From positions 7,546,198-7,610,197 of the forward strand of contig CAJINV010000003.1 in NCBI GenBank assembly GCA_905178155.1: a stretch of DNA of 64,000 bases. The letters are read 5' to 3'. Below the pieces are notes generated by a model. It had not been told where the DNA came from and searched no databases. It saw only the letters and a list, made by a program, of their open reading frames with translations. Positions 1-11,392 of this stretch are shown in pieces. Position 1 is the first letter of the stretch, and each line of letters begins with the position of its first letter. Position numbers and translations under genes: made by a program. The stretch comes from Amoebophrya sp. A120 (Eukaryota; Protista; Dinoflagellata).

Positions 1-56
1 TTCTTCTTTTTTTTCTCCTTCTTGAGGGACGGGTCGCCCTTGAATTTCAGCGACAT
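1..56 (-). CDS. 5' end of a gene running off the window; Lys-rich N-terminus MSLKFKGDPSLKKEKKKK
   Basis: ATG at 56 on the minus strand followed by an open frame with an LKFKG + poly-Lys (NLS-like) start; too short to assign a family. Confidence 0.4.
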   Translation of the reverse strand, partial: MSLKFKGDPSLKKEKKKK

Positions 57-835
57 GGCTTTCAGTCTGTTCAGTCAAAAGAACTACTCGGTCGTGCACA
101 GCTAGCTGCTGATTCATCAACTTCTACCTTGAGACAACAGTAAAGTTCTTCTCCTAGTAGTTCTCAGACAAGGTCGTTGCTTAGTTTTCCCAAACCAACC
201 AAGTACAAAAAAGGCAAATCAGGGATGGAAAGGGGTCGCCAAAGCCAAATAAAGGGTCGTAAAAATTTTGGGGTGAGATCACCAGTACTGTTGAATAGTA
301 GACGCGTATGCTTGCCAAGGACTCACACTTCCTCAATGAATTGCCGGTGCTGATCGATAGCAATAGGAGAAATCCGCGGAACAGTTGCATTTTGCTCGTT
401 TATCCAGCAATAGTGTCGACGAAGCCGCGCCGACGCCGACCATTCCTATCTTGATTCATATTTCATCTTCCTTATTTTCATACAAGATTTGCAGTGGTGA
501 AACGATTTTCTAGTCATCTCTCTTCTTCAAATTGATTCGAGGCCGCGTATTGCGTTAAGTTTGTTTGTACAATTGATTTTGTGGTGCTACGTCGATCACG
601 ATCTGGCTTTTCTTTATTTATTCATTTTGCATACAGATACCGTCCGACGATTTATAGCATTCAAAATTGGAATCACTTCATTGGCGGGAAAGGGAGCGCG
701 AGAAGTACATTTTTGGTAACTGCCAGTTGTTCAATTCGAAACTTGGTAGAAGCTTTCATACATATTAAGGCTCAAATCAGCGATCAAGTCCGCGTACACG
801 TAAACATACAGAGTTGGGGTCCGCGATCATCTCCC

Positions 836-2659
836 CTACACGTGTTCGTCCTCGACGTCATCCTCGTCGACGCCCCGGATTTCCTCGTCGGTGAGCGCTG
901 GCTTGCCCCGCATGCAGAAGAAAAGCAGCACGGACACCAGAACGACGCTACCGACGGCGGCCACACCGTAGAGGATCATCGATTTTTGATCCTCCGCGGA
1001 CTGCTCGTCCTTGCCGGCGCCCTTCCGCTGGAGGATCTTCTCCGCCTGAATTTCACTGCCGTCGTCGTTTTTTCCGGTCACCTTCACGGTAGCGATGACG
1101 ACCGTGTCGTACTTGGCCTTGGCGGCGTCCGCGGCGGCCGCGTTGGATTCCCCCGCAGCGAAGGTCATCTTCCCGAGGCCGTCCGGATCCAAGCTCACGT
1201 CCACCGCGACATACTCGTGCGCGCCGGACTTTCCGGGCGGCGTGGCGGGCTTGGACTGTCCCTTCGAATCGAAGTGCACGTACCCCTTACCCGTGCCGTC
1301 GGCTCCGCCCAGGTCCAGCACAATCAGGTTCTTCTCGTCGTGTCGCACCTTCGCGGCGGTTAGAAGCATCTGGACGACTTCTGCTCCGTCTTTCGGCACC
1401 ACGTTGGACTCGCGCAACTCGCCTGCCGCCTCGGTGTTGGACTTGCCGCCGTCCTCGCCGTCGGCCTTCGCGGAGGACTCTTCGTCCCTGTGTGTTCGTT
1501 GCGCGATCTTCTGCTGTTCCAGCGTCGTGGTCTTGACTGTGGTCTTCTTCACGTTCACTTGCAGGGCGGAGGACGCCGGTGGAGGTGTGGGAGGCATTGC
1601 GGGTTGTTTCCCTTTCAGCTCCACGGCCAGTTTCTTCTGCTGCGTGGCCGCTGGCTTGTTCGGCTGCCGGGAGGAAGAGCGGCTAGGTGGCGGCAGCTCC
1701 AACGCACTGAACGACGTTTCGGCTTGTTCACCATCAATTGCAGCATCGGCTTGTTCCTTTTCACCTTCACGCCCAATGGGATTGTCCTCTGCTACTGCAG
1801 CTTTTTTTACAGCAACTTCGTCGGCTGCTTGCTCCGTCGTGTACAACTTCTGAATCACGGCATCTTCACAGGTTTCTTTGGCGTTGATTGGGGTGCTCTC
1901 ATCATTTTGCGTTTTGTGTTCCAACATTTTCAGCATCGTGATTGGATCCTCGGAGTCGTCGAACGACTCCTGCGCTCTGGCGCACCGTGCTTGAATCAAC
2001 TTGCCGAGGGTTTCTTGATGCTTGGCAGCTCCTTCTTCGGACTTTGGCGGTTCGCCAGTGTGTGCGAAAAGCGCCTGCACGCCCGGGTCCCCCAGATCCT
2101 TGAAATCCAGACCGATGCCGAGGTAGCGATGCTCTCCCGTCCCTTCAGGCGGTCGTGCGTCCTTCTGCCCACCCTGCTCTTCGTCAATACTACGGTGGAC
2201 GTACAACTGTTGCTCGCCGTTCTTGCTTTCGAAGACATCCACGATGACAATGGGCGGATGGGGACCATAGAAAACTTGATCCCCACCCTCCTCGTCCTTC
2301 CCCCTTCTTCCAGTCGCAACTTCCAGCTTCGACACCAGCGGCTGCAACTTTTCGAACCCACTTCCTGTAGGCGGTGTCGCGGCATCCTTGCTGTCTGCAC
2401 CTTCTTCTTCGGCTGCTGCTTTACTGGGTTCTTCTTCTACATCTTTTGCCGATTCTGCGTCACGTCGTTCGCTAGTCTCAGCTACCGCATCGTCAGAACC
2501 ACCGCTCGCCCTTCCTTCACGCAACTCTTTCGAATCGACCTGGAGCTGCAACGCGCTTTCGGGAGAGAAATACTCGATCTCGGGCTCGTCTTTCGTGATG
2601 ATTCCACGAATGACATGTCCCATGGAAAAGACGAGAAGAATCGATTTTCCGACAGACAT
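836..2659 (-). CDS. Single-exon type I membrane/surface protein, 607 aa, unknown function
   Basis: Long ORF with hydrophobic N-terminus (signal-like), acidic low-complexity middle and C-terminal TM helix (ILYGVAAVGSVVLVSVLLFFCM) followed by a short acidic tail. Confidence 0.75.
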   Translation of the reverse strand: MSVGKSILLVFSMGHVIRGIITKDEPEIEYFSPESALQLQVDSKELREGRASGGSDDAVAETSERRDAESAKDVEEEPSKAAAEEEGADSKDAATPPTGSGFEKLQPLVSKLEVATGRRGKDEEGGDQVFYGPHPPIVIVDVFESKNGEQQLYVHRSIDEEQGGQKDARPPEGTGEHRYLGIGLDFKDLGDPGVQALFAHTGEPPKSEEGAAKHQETLGKLIQARCARAQESFDDSEDPITMLKMLEHKTQNDESTPINAKETCEDAVIQKLYTTEQAADEVAVKKAAVAEDNPIGREGEKEQADAAIDGEQAETSFSALELPPPSRSSSRQPNKPAATQQKKLAVELKGKQPAMPPTPPPASSALQVNVKKTTVKTTTLEQQKIAQRTHRDEESSAKADGEDGGKSNTEAAGELRESNVVPKDGAEVVQMLLTAAKVRHDEKNLIVLDLGGADGTGKGYVHFDSKGQSKPATPPGKSGAHEYVAVDVSLDPDGLGKMTFAAGESNAAAADAAKAKYDTVVIATVKVTGKNDDGSEIQAEKILQRKGAGKDEQSAEDQKSMILYGVAAVGSVVLVSVLLFFCMRGKPALTDEEIRGVDEDDVEDEHV

Positions 2660-3616
2660 GGCTGCTTTGACTTTGTTTGCGTTGGTTTCGTGATATTACT
2701 TTTCTACGTGCACCCACCGGAAAAAATCCGTCTGGGCGACCGGATCACTATTCCCTTTCGTCTTTTCCGTATCGGTACAACCGCGTCACAACATGTCAAG
2801 AAATGAGGCAGTGCAATAAGATGACGACACAATGAAGATGACGATGAATCGAAATCGGTCAAATACGATTCCCACACGACCCCCGACGACACCACTGATT
2901 ATCGTCCACCAGTCGAATCGGATTGACGATATCGATTTCTTAGCTTCCGAACCTCATGACGAGTCGTTGCGAACGCGAGACCTATAAACAGCGTAAAAGT
3001 GTTAAGTGAAAAAAGCCCACCGCCCGAGGTTCCTTCATTTGGAATCTACATAGTCGATGCATGTTTCAATTTCTGTACTTACTTCATTGACAAAATTTTC
3101 ATCAACTTTAGGTTGACAAAATTTTGGAAACGATACATTTTGACACTTGAGAATTAGCTAACCGATACGTTTAAGTTCCAAAAGGGATTCTATGGAAACT
3201 TAAATATCAATCACGATCACCATCAAATGAAAGATTCACATGACGAATGAAGATATCAAATTGTATTCTACTCGAACTGTGTCAATCTTGAAAAGAAATC
3301 GGAAACGCTAGTATCACACCGAAACGCTAGTTAGATTAATATCTTCGAGGGGAAAAAATCATAAATACGGGAAAATAAAAATCTCTAGATTTACAAAGTA
3401 CAACTGAATACGAAGCTACAAGTTATTTTTGTATTCACGAAAAGGTAAACAAGAAACGAAAGGTCAGGACTTGAGGCTAATTTGAATTCTCATCGTCAAG
3501 TTTTGGTTAAAATCTTTAGCTGTAAAAAATCCATCCGAGACGGAAATTTTGGATATTGTGATTGCTTTTTCGTCTTCGCTTTCCACCTCAGGAAACGGAA
3601 AAGACCCACCAGAAAA

Positions 3617-6600
3617 TCACTTGGACTGGGATTTGACATATGTGCCACCGTGCTCCTCGGCAAGCTCCGGACGACCCCTACCGGCCGGAACGGTAGGTCC
3701 CTCGTCAGTCGGCGTCCCTGCGCCCACCGTGTAGTCGGGTTCAACTTGGTCCTTGATGAAGATACAGTTCTTGTGCTTTTTGACGACGGTCCGGTGAAAG
3801 TGGTCACAGAGTGCGGTGAAGCCTTGCAGGTGCGCGTTGACGACGTGTGCGAGCTTCGAAGACTTTTTGTGGAACTGGTACCGGCAGAAGACACTCCGAA
3901 ACCGCTGCGTCACCTGGCTCAACAGAGCTGCTTCGTCGTAACTGCTGGTGCTGTCTTGTTCGGATCCGATCGAGTGTTGGTCATCCTTGCTGCCGCTTTC
4001 CACCTCGGCAACCGTTTTCTGTTTGACGGGCAGCAGATTGATGAAGGCGTACCCACGATTGGTGTTGTTTACCAAATCCTGTGGCAAGTACAAGAAGTCA
4101 TAGCAAACCCCCTGCACAAACCTGTTTTGTGAGTTTAGTTGCTTGCGATTGCGGCCTAAGGGCGCGATACAACCAGTGCACTTTTAATACTGACTTGATG
4201 AACCCGGAAGCTAGCAAAACACTCATTCTTATCTTTCCACGTAATATAAAATGGCAACTACGCAATCCGTAGGAGGCAAAAAGTCTGCATGTGTGCGCGA
4301 CACCAGAAGCAAGTACTTACCCGTGCTCGGTGAGCGCGTCTTCAAGTTCTTGAAAAGTGAGCTTGCAGGGGAGGTGCCGAATCATAAGCGTGGAGATTCG
4401 TGGTTGCGCGGCAGGTCCCGGGGTCGTTCCGCTTCCCGCCAGGTCTGAGATGCCGCTGCCACTTCCACACGGGCTGGACGCCGGAAGGGGAATTTTCTTC
4501 CGTTTCGCTGGTGGTGCGGACGGCAGCGGAGGGACGTAATTGGGCACGGACGCGAACTTCGTACGGATTTGGCCGGGGTGCTGCTGAACTGCTGCTGTTC
4601 GGGCGAGGTGTTGTTGAGCAGGTGGCCTTGCATCATTTTTATACCCGTATTGGTGAGGATGCGCGGCTGTCGCGTCGCGTGATTCAGAGCCATCGAAGCC
4701 GGCGCGACCGTCACAACTCCCTGCAAAAAATTCGTCGGAACTCAAATTAATCGCTGCGTCGTCGTTGCAGATGAAATAAATCTACTTAAATCAGTTACAA
4801 AACCGGCCGTTCTACGTCAACGTCGAAGATCGTTCGCCTTGATCATCAATATCACCATCAAGGCAAAAGAAAAACCAAAGAGGTCACATTTCCCTATGCA
4901 TCGCGCTGTTGCAGCAGCTCTGTGCAGATGCAATACAACTTTTAGTACCTGCCTCTCGTTGCGCTTCGTCGTTTCCGTCGCTGCAATCGACTTCCGGATC
5001 ACTTTCCAGGTAGTCAAGCCGCCGCACATGCCGCGGATTTTTCCTCGGCTTCGCGATCTCCCGCTCGCCCTCGTCTGGCGAAGACCGCGACTCAGATTTC
5101 CGGGTCCCGGTTTTCTGACCAGCTCCTCCTGCTGTTTCCAGAAGATCTTCGTCGTCCGGTGAGCACGCAGTTGTTAGAAGATCGGTGGACGAAGCACCGC
5201 ACGTAGTGCTGCTGCGCTGGCCCCTAGTACCGTCAAACCCTGTTGCGGCATGCTGCGGGTGCACCACGTGTGCGGGGTTATACCCGTAATACGCACCGGC
5301 GGCTGTAACCCCTTCGTGGTAATTATGGTAGTAGTCCTCGGGGCTTGCGGGCCACATCATGGGCCCTGGGGGGGGACTCATCATCGGCGAGGCTGATGAA
5401 TTTATCGTGCGACATCACATGATTGCCATGAAAATTATTCACAGGAAAAAAAAAGGTGGAGAAAGGTTGCTGCACAAATTACAGCATATAAAATTGCACG
5501 ACTTCTTCTAGTTTTTAGGTGCATGTAAGTAAAAGAATTGCTTCCGATATAACATTTACGCATCATGCCGGGCCACATCCCCGGAGGCGGTCCAGCGCGC
5601 GGGTCGTAGCACATATGCGGGTGGTACATTTGCGGCCCGTAGTATCCCAGGTGCGGCGTCGGTACACCGTAGCTGTTGCCGGGTGGCGTCTCGGGGCAGT
5701 TGGGATAAGCGATGTCGGTTGTGGCCTATCCCATAGAAAAAGACATGCAGGGCACAACTAAGTAAAAGTAAGAGAAAAATCTGTCATGCGCTCCCCCATT
5801 CGTTCCCATAGCGTTCTGTTTATCATATTTTGCGTATTTTTGCTCGCGTTACAAATATGCCCTGCCTGCCTTTTTCCGCGGAATATGGACGCCGTCGGGC
5901 TCATCGGATGAAAGTTATGCACCGGGGGCTGAGCAGCGTACTCCTCCATGGTCAAGGAGGTGCCTTCGTGTGTTGCCGACATCTTGTGCTGCAGAAGTCC
6001 ACCCCCCACAGAAGACGTTCCACTACTACACTCGCGTTTGTACTGAAAAGACGAGGGAGAAGACGCTTGGCTTCCAAACACGCCACCCATCGGCGAGCAG
6101 CCACTGGTACCTTTTTATTTTTTTTAACGTGGGAGTTTATTCCATGTTTCCTTTCTTTTTGTTTCAACTTCCTGGCGCCGCTTCCCTGAGGTACTTTTAA
6201 AGCACTTAGCAAGTCGTGAGTACTACACATGATCCATGGACACAACTAATTTTGATGTGTCAGCACAGCTGCGGCCTAGCCCTAGACCGAGGTAGCGATC
6301 ACGCGAAGCGGCAAAGACTACTCGACTTTACCATCATCCATGCGGCTGTCGTCCGGCTGCGTGCTGCTTTCGACGACGCTATCCGGCAACTTCTCCAGTT
6401 CCGGGGACTCCGCAGTCCGGATCGTAATATCTGCGACATTTTTGTATCGCTTTAATTGGTTCCGTCAAATCAAACAGTGACCTAATCAAGAACAAACGTT
6501 GTAGTTCTTAGACACAAAAAGCACACTTTTTCTTTCTCAGGTTACCTGGGGAAGAGGCGGAGCCCCTGCTCGCACAGCTAGTGCTCGTGGTGGTCCTCGC

Positions 6601-7195
6601 ACGCCGGTCTTCAGTGAAGCTTCCCTGCTCGAAAGACAGTTCCTCGAGGGTTTCTCGGGGAGTCTCCTCAACCATAGACAAGTCCACCTCGGGCATGAAG
6701 ACTGTATTCGACGTGCTCACCTCCTCCTGCATGGGGGTCGTCTCCTCCTCTTCTCGAATGGCACTGTCATCTCCCGGCGCAGTCCCTGAGGACAAGGGAA
6801 GATGGCTCAAAACGGAGACCTCGTCGGCAGCCGGTGGGTATGTTGGGAGCACAAAAGACACTGCGTCTTGAACGTCGTGTCGGGCAGGAGCTCCTTCGCA
6901 CTTGTTCCTCGTCACACCCGATAATCTGGGCGCCGCGCTTGAGGTCGTTCCGCGTTGGCGAGAACGCTGGGCCGCAAGGTGGTTGTCATCGCGCGTGGGG
7001 ATAGTCGTTCCGTTTGCGGGCTCTTCCGCCGTCGAATTGTTTGAAGCAGGGACTGCCTTGGGCAAAGCAGTATTCGCACTCGTAGAAGTACCTGCGAAAA
7101 TGGTTTTGATTTACCCTGCTTGCTGAGGGAAAAGGTGCAGTACCTAAATGTAATCGGACTCCAGACTTACGCATGGCAAACGGAAACGAGAGCAT
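3617..7195 (-). CDS. Mei2-like RNA-binding protein (RRM_2 / Mei2 RRM3 domain), about 7 exons
   Basis: Splicing GT-AG intron 4122-4320 joins STLMIRHLPCKLT...EHG to FVQGVCYDFLYLPQDLVNNTNRGYAFINL, matching the Mei2 RRM3 signature. Upstream exons join in frame via GT-AG introns and one probable GC-AG intron. Confidence 0.8.
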
Positions 7196-7296
7196 CTGAC
7201 AACGCATTTATAAGTTGATTATACCAGGCTGCGCCAGAACGGCCGGAAAAAACTGGATGAGAAAAACAACGAACACCGCTACCAGAGCGGGAAAGA

Positions 7297-7404
7297 TATA
7301 CACAAAAAAATACCCATCCCGATCCATTTTTTGCATGACATACACAGGACGTCATGCATGTTTTGCATGACAAACTCGATGGGGGTGAGTATTTTTTGTG
7401 GATA
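7297..7404. mobile_element. 108-bp MITE-like element of the TAT...ATA class, upstream of the Mei2-like ATG
   Basis: About 30-bp imperfect TIR (tatacacaaaaaaatacccatcccgatc vs reverse complement tatccacaaaaaatactcacccccatc), flanks AAAGA/AAAGG (4/5 TSD), internal GCATGACA motifs. Confidence 0.75.
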
Positions 7405-7877
7405 AAAGGCGACGAAATCGTACAGCAAATCCGCCAACATGTTGCAGAAAAAAGAAAAACGCTAGATGTGGGGCGGCCCGAGCTACGATGCCGCTTTCTA
7501 CTACAGGATTTGTACGAAGAAAAAGAAAACTCAGTTCGGCAATGATGCAAACGACGGGGCGACGAACGATTCGTAACTCTGCTCACGGCTTCCTACCGAC
7601 CTAGCTACCCGATCAAAGCAAATCACATTCGCTCGTAGACACGACTCTAGCATGCGTACTCGACTGACCTGATATAATTACAACACATCAACGAACACGG
7701 AAAGTCCGCGAGGAAATGACATTCTAGCTCGCGATTTCTTGTTGAGAATTTGAAGGAACACCAGCACAAGGATCAATCTCTGCTACTGCTCTGCAGCGGG
7801 GACATTCATCTACACGAAACAACGAGAAAAATTGCTTCATTTGTTGCTGCATTCGTCGTTGCTTGTCACTTTGTCAC

Positions 7878-9419
7878 TTACAGTAATTCAACCCTGTAGT
7901 CGAGCATTTCCCCTGCTCGAAAGGGAACTACGGCATGGTCCTTCCCTAGGATATCGTCGCCGAAAGTATCTGGGACGTAATTGATCTGCTTAAACAGCCG
8001 CATTTTTGGCCCTTCGTTTTTCGGGAAGCCGAAAAATTCAGCGCCGAAACGGCCGACAAAGTCCGGCAGCAGGTGAAGCCTCTGTGCCTGCGAAAAAATG
8101 TCCGCCAAGTATTGTATGACGAGCCCGCCAGTGAATACACCAGCAGCCGCTACCGCTGCCTCCTTTTTTGACCTCGGGTGCGGCGCACTGTCGCTGCCGA
8201 AGAAAAATTTCGGGTTGCCGCTAAAAACGACCTGCGATCATATTGCCATTGCGGTCAAGTATCAATCTTCACGTTCCATCGCGAAGGCACACGCTCATGT
8301 ACCTCCATGCGGTTCGGGCGGGTATCAATATTAAAGAGGAAGCAACGATTCTTTCATCAAGCTTAGCACAGTCACAATACCTCTCTGATTTTGTTTCGAT
8401 CGTGTGGTAGCTTCGGAATGGGCTTGCAGAACATGTGGCAGCAGCCAACCACTTGGTCGATGCAGATGTCGAGGTGGTGCGCCGTGACCGTGGCGGCCAC
8501 GTTATCCGGAGGAAAAACGTCCCCAACCCAGAGTCAAAATGATAGGGAATCGACTACACCAGCCTAGACGCTCACTCACTTTTTCGGAGTTGTGCATGAC
8601 AAGTTTCCATCCACAGTGTAGTGGTGGTTAGAAAATGAAGGCGCATGAGAGAGCCATATTCTCTTCCTGTTTACAGCATGTTACAAATCCCAAAACACTT
8701 TTGGAAATGCCTCTCATGGAGACGAGATGCACATTACAAATGTTCCAGCTCCTGTCATTCTTGTACATTTGCCTCAACACAACTCTGGGGTGGGGACGTT
8801 TCTCCACACGATACACGTTGGCTGGTAGGCTAAGCACGGTTTCCACTGCATCGCGGGTCGAAACATGCTCCAGCACGATTTTCAGGCGGGGAAACTCCTT
8901 GGCGAGGATCTGAAGCTCGCCTAAAAACATGGCTTCCGCCAGCATGACGCACTCGTTGGGCACTTCCCCGTGCAGGTGCAGCACCATCCCCAGCTCCTCC
9001 ATCTTCCGGAACACCGGGTAATACTGTTCGTAACTTTCCACGCCCGCATCGCTATTGGTCGTCACCCCGCGGGGGTAGCTCTTCACACCGGTGACGATCT
9101 TCTTCGCTTCGCCGGTGGTCGAGCACGTCACGACGCAATTAAAGGCCTTTTCGATTTCCTCGGGCGTGAGTTCGGGGCTGAGGTACAGCAAAATTTTATA
9201 ATCGATAGAGGGATCGATTTTGCTCAGTTCGTCGTAGTAGTCTAACGCCTTGGCCGTGTTGCTCACCGGCGGGATGGTATTTGGCATTACGATAACGCGC
9301 TGCACGCCGCTTTGTCGCAACAAGGGCACCACAACCCGACTCATGTCTCCCTGTCGCAAATGCACGTGCCAGTCATCCGCAAGCGGTAGCACTAAATCCT
9401 CCGTCGGTGCTGCGGCCAT
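7878..9419 (-). CDS. pyrC: Dihydroorotase (homodimeric PyrC/URA4 type), 3 exons
   Basis: Motifs DWHVHLR, VMPN, K.YP.GVTTNS, HLHGE, LEHVST, then ATVTAHHL...FCKP and FFFGSDSAPH in downstream exons. Intron 1 is non-canonical (element 8503-8813); intron 2 (8232-8380) is GT-AG. Confidence 0.95.
8503..8813. mobile_element. Introner element, family A (311 bp), non-canonical intron in dihydroorotase
   Basis: TSD CACGT at 8498-8502 and 8814-8818, about 32-bp imperfect TIR starting TATC. Removal gives LPAN-VAATVTAHHL in frame. Confidence 0.9.
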
Positions 9420-11392
9420 CGCTCTTTTCTAGTATGAATGAAGATGATCAAGACCTCTTTTTGAAGTAAATCAAGAAGGAAGCGATACCCTTTTGCGCTA
9501 GCTACAGTCTCCTGCGTCTTCTGAGACTGGATCAGCCGAGACCAGCTGTTCGTCGAAATTCTACCGAAAAGAGTTTACACGACACCACAGTCGCACGACT
9601 CGGATCACGATTCATTTTTTGGGGACAGAACAAGCGTGCTGCCAAGAACTTCACTCAATTTCGATTTTTCTTGGCTCAGAACGCAGGTGTTAGGAGTCAG
9701 CCGATCTGTGAAAAACCAATTGCTGAAATTCAGCCTACTTATGTCGAGAGAAACACAAACAGTCACTCGAGGCTTGTCGCTTGATTAACTTGGTTTTTGT
9801 TATCATTTCCTAAAAGGCGACGAACAAAGAAACAACAGGAGGAGGTAGGAGAGGTTCTTGACGTAGTAGTATTTATTCTATCGCGCGTTTAGCACTCAAA
9901 AGCGCTCGCCCACGTTTGGTTGGATCAAACCGAATCTGATAAGTGCGGAGCCACGCCACCCTCGCAGTACGCCCTCAGACGGAGTAAAACACGTCCCTAC
10001 CTGCAGCGTGGCTGAAACACTACATGTCCTTACGACATATCACCTCCGTTTGTCAAAGAAGTCAAGCCTTGGCCGTGAAGCAAAAGCCGACGATCCGGGG
10101 CGCCCAAACTCCCTCGTCGTCATCTTCGTGCTCAATGAAGGATCGACAACTTCAGGCTTTCAACAGCGCTCCCCAGGCTTGTTGAAGGCCGCGGGGGCAG
10201 CCTTTTCCAATTGCCGGGACGTTTTCCTTCGGGGGGGGTGCGGCTCGTTTACGCCGGGGGATATCCACGGACCCGCGTGCGTTCTTCGATTCAGCTGTAC
10301 GAGTCCGCGCGCGAATTCAGCCGCGCGCTGCTCCGGCCGCGGCCCCCCCCCGGGGCCGTGGACTGCACCCCAGTGCGGTAAACCTGGCCGCCCGGCTGTA
10401 CGCCGAACCAGCCGTCAATCTGGTCTCCCACAGGCCCCTCGCGCGGAAAGTTTGGAAAGTCAGCCCCCGCCTCTTGAAGTGGCAGGGTTCGCGTTGCCAT
10501 GGGGCACGATGGGCTCGCCGTCCTCCCGCTGCTCCGAGTGCCCCAGGTACCCCATGTGCAGGGCCGCTATGGCTTGCGCGTTCTCCGCGGACGCGTCCTT
10601 GTCCGCCGTGATGTCGCACACGGTTCATCAGCTGTACGAGTCCACCGAAGAGACTATTTTATTTCTTCCAAAACGAACTATATATTATAAGCAACTGTTG
10701 TAAGTACACGTTTCAGATGAGGAGCATTTTTTTTTCTCATTGTCACCGCAGAAGGACAAGCCCCCTGTAAGTAGAGTATCAATCTAATCTTAATCTTATA
10801 GCAAATTGAAAATGCCCCCGTCCGCCGTCGGGATTGGTTCATTTCTAGTGATCGCCATATTTCTTGTGTTTGATTCAACGGCATGAACCTTGGAGAGGAG
10901 ACGTGTTGCATCAGGGAATTTTTAGTGCGATAGAATTGATCTTCCCGACACAAAAGAAACCCAACCTCAGCTCATACCTACAACATAGTGCAAAACGCCC
11001 AGCGGGCTGTAACAAGGCTAGCACTAGTGTTTACTCTCTCGTAAGTTCAAAAATATTCAGGCACTCCCAGCACGGAGTGGAAACACGACTACAGTGTTCC
11101 TGTCGTTAGTTCTGATCTTATAGTCACAGTGAAGATCTTTAGGTGTGGTCGCGCCGTTCTGTGTTACTGCGTATTCGTATATGAAAAGCTGATTGGTTTC
11201 TGTTTCTGAAATTTCTGAAGTGTCAAATTGTTAGGCCTTTTGCAAATAGTACATCTCGTCTTTGTGCGATTGCGATTCTCATATCGTCCACATTACTTTT
11301 TGTAGCGTAATGCTGAGTTGTATATTTAATTCACAGCGAAGTTATAATACCTTTCAGCACATCAAAGTGCCGCGGCAAAGCATGCCGCTGCT

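Noticed and set aside
581-2806. Long plus-strand ORFs here and opposite other genes (e.g. 33200-34087, 38967-39818, 52438-53349)
   Set aside because: Antisense shadows of GC-rich minus-strand coding exons with no recognisable domains.
5727-5866. 8-bp inverted repeat (gcagggca/tgccctgc) in a Mei2-like intron
   Set aside because: Not terminal, no TSD or TAT ends; a GC-AG intron explains the junction.
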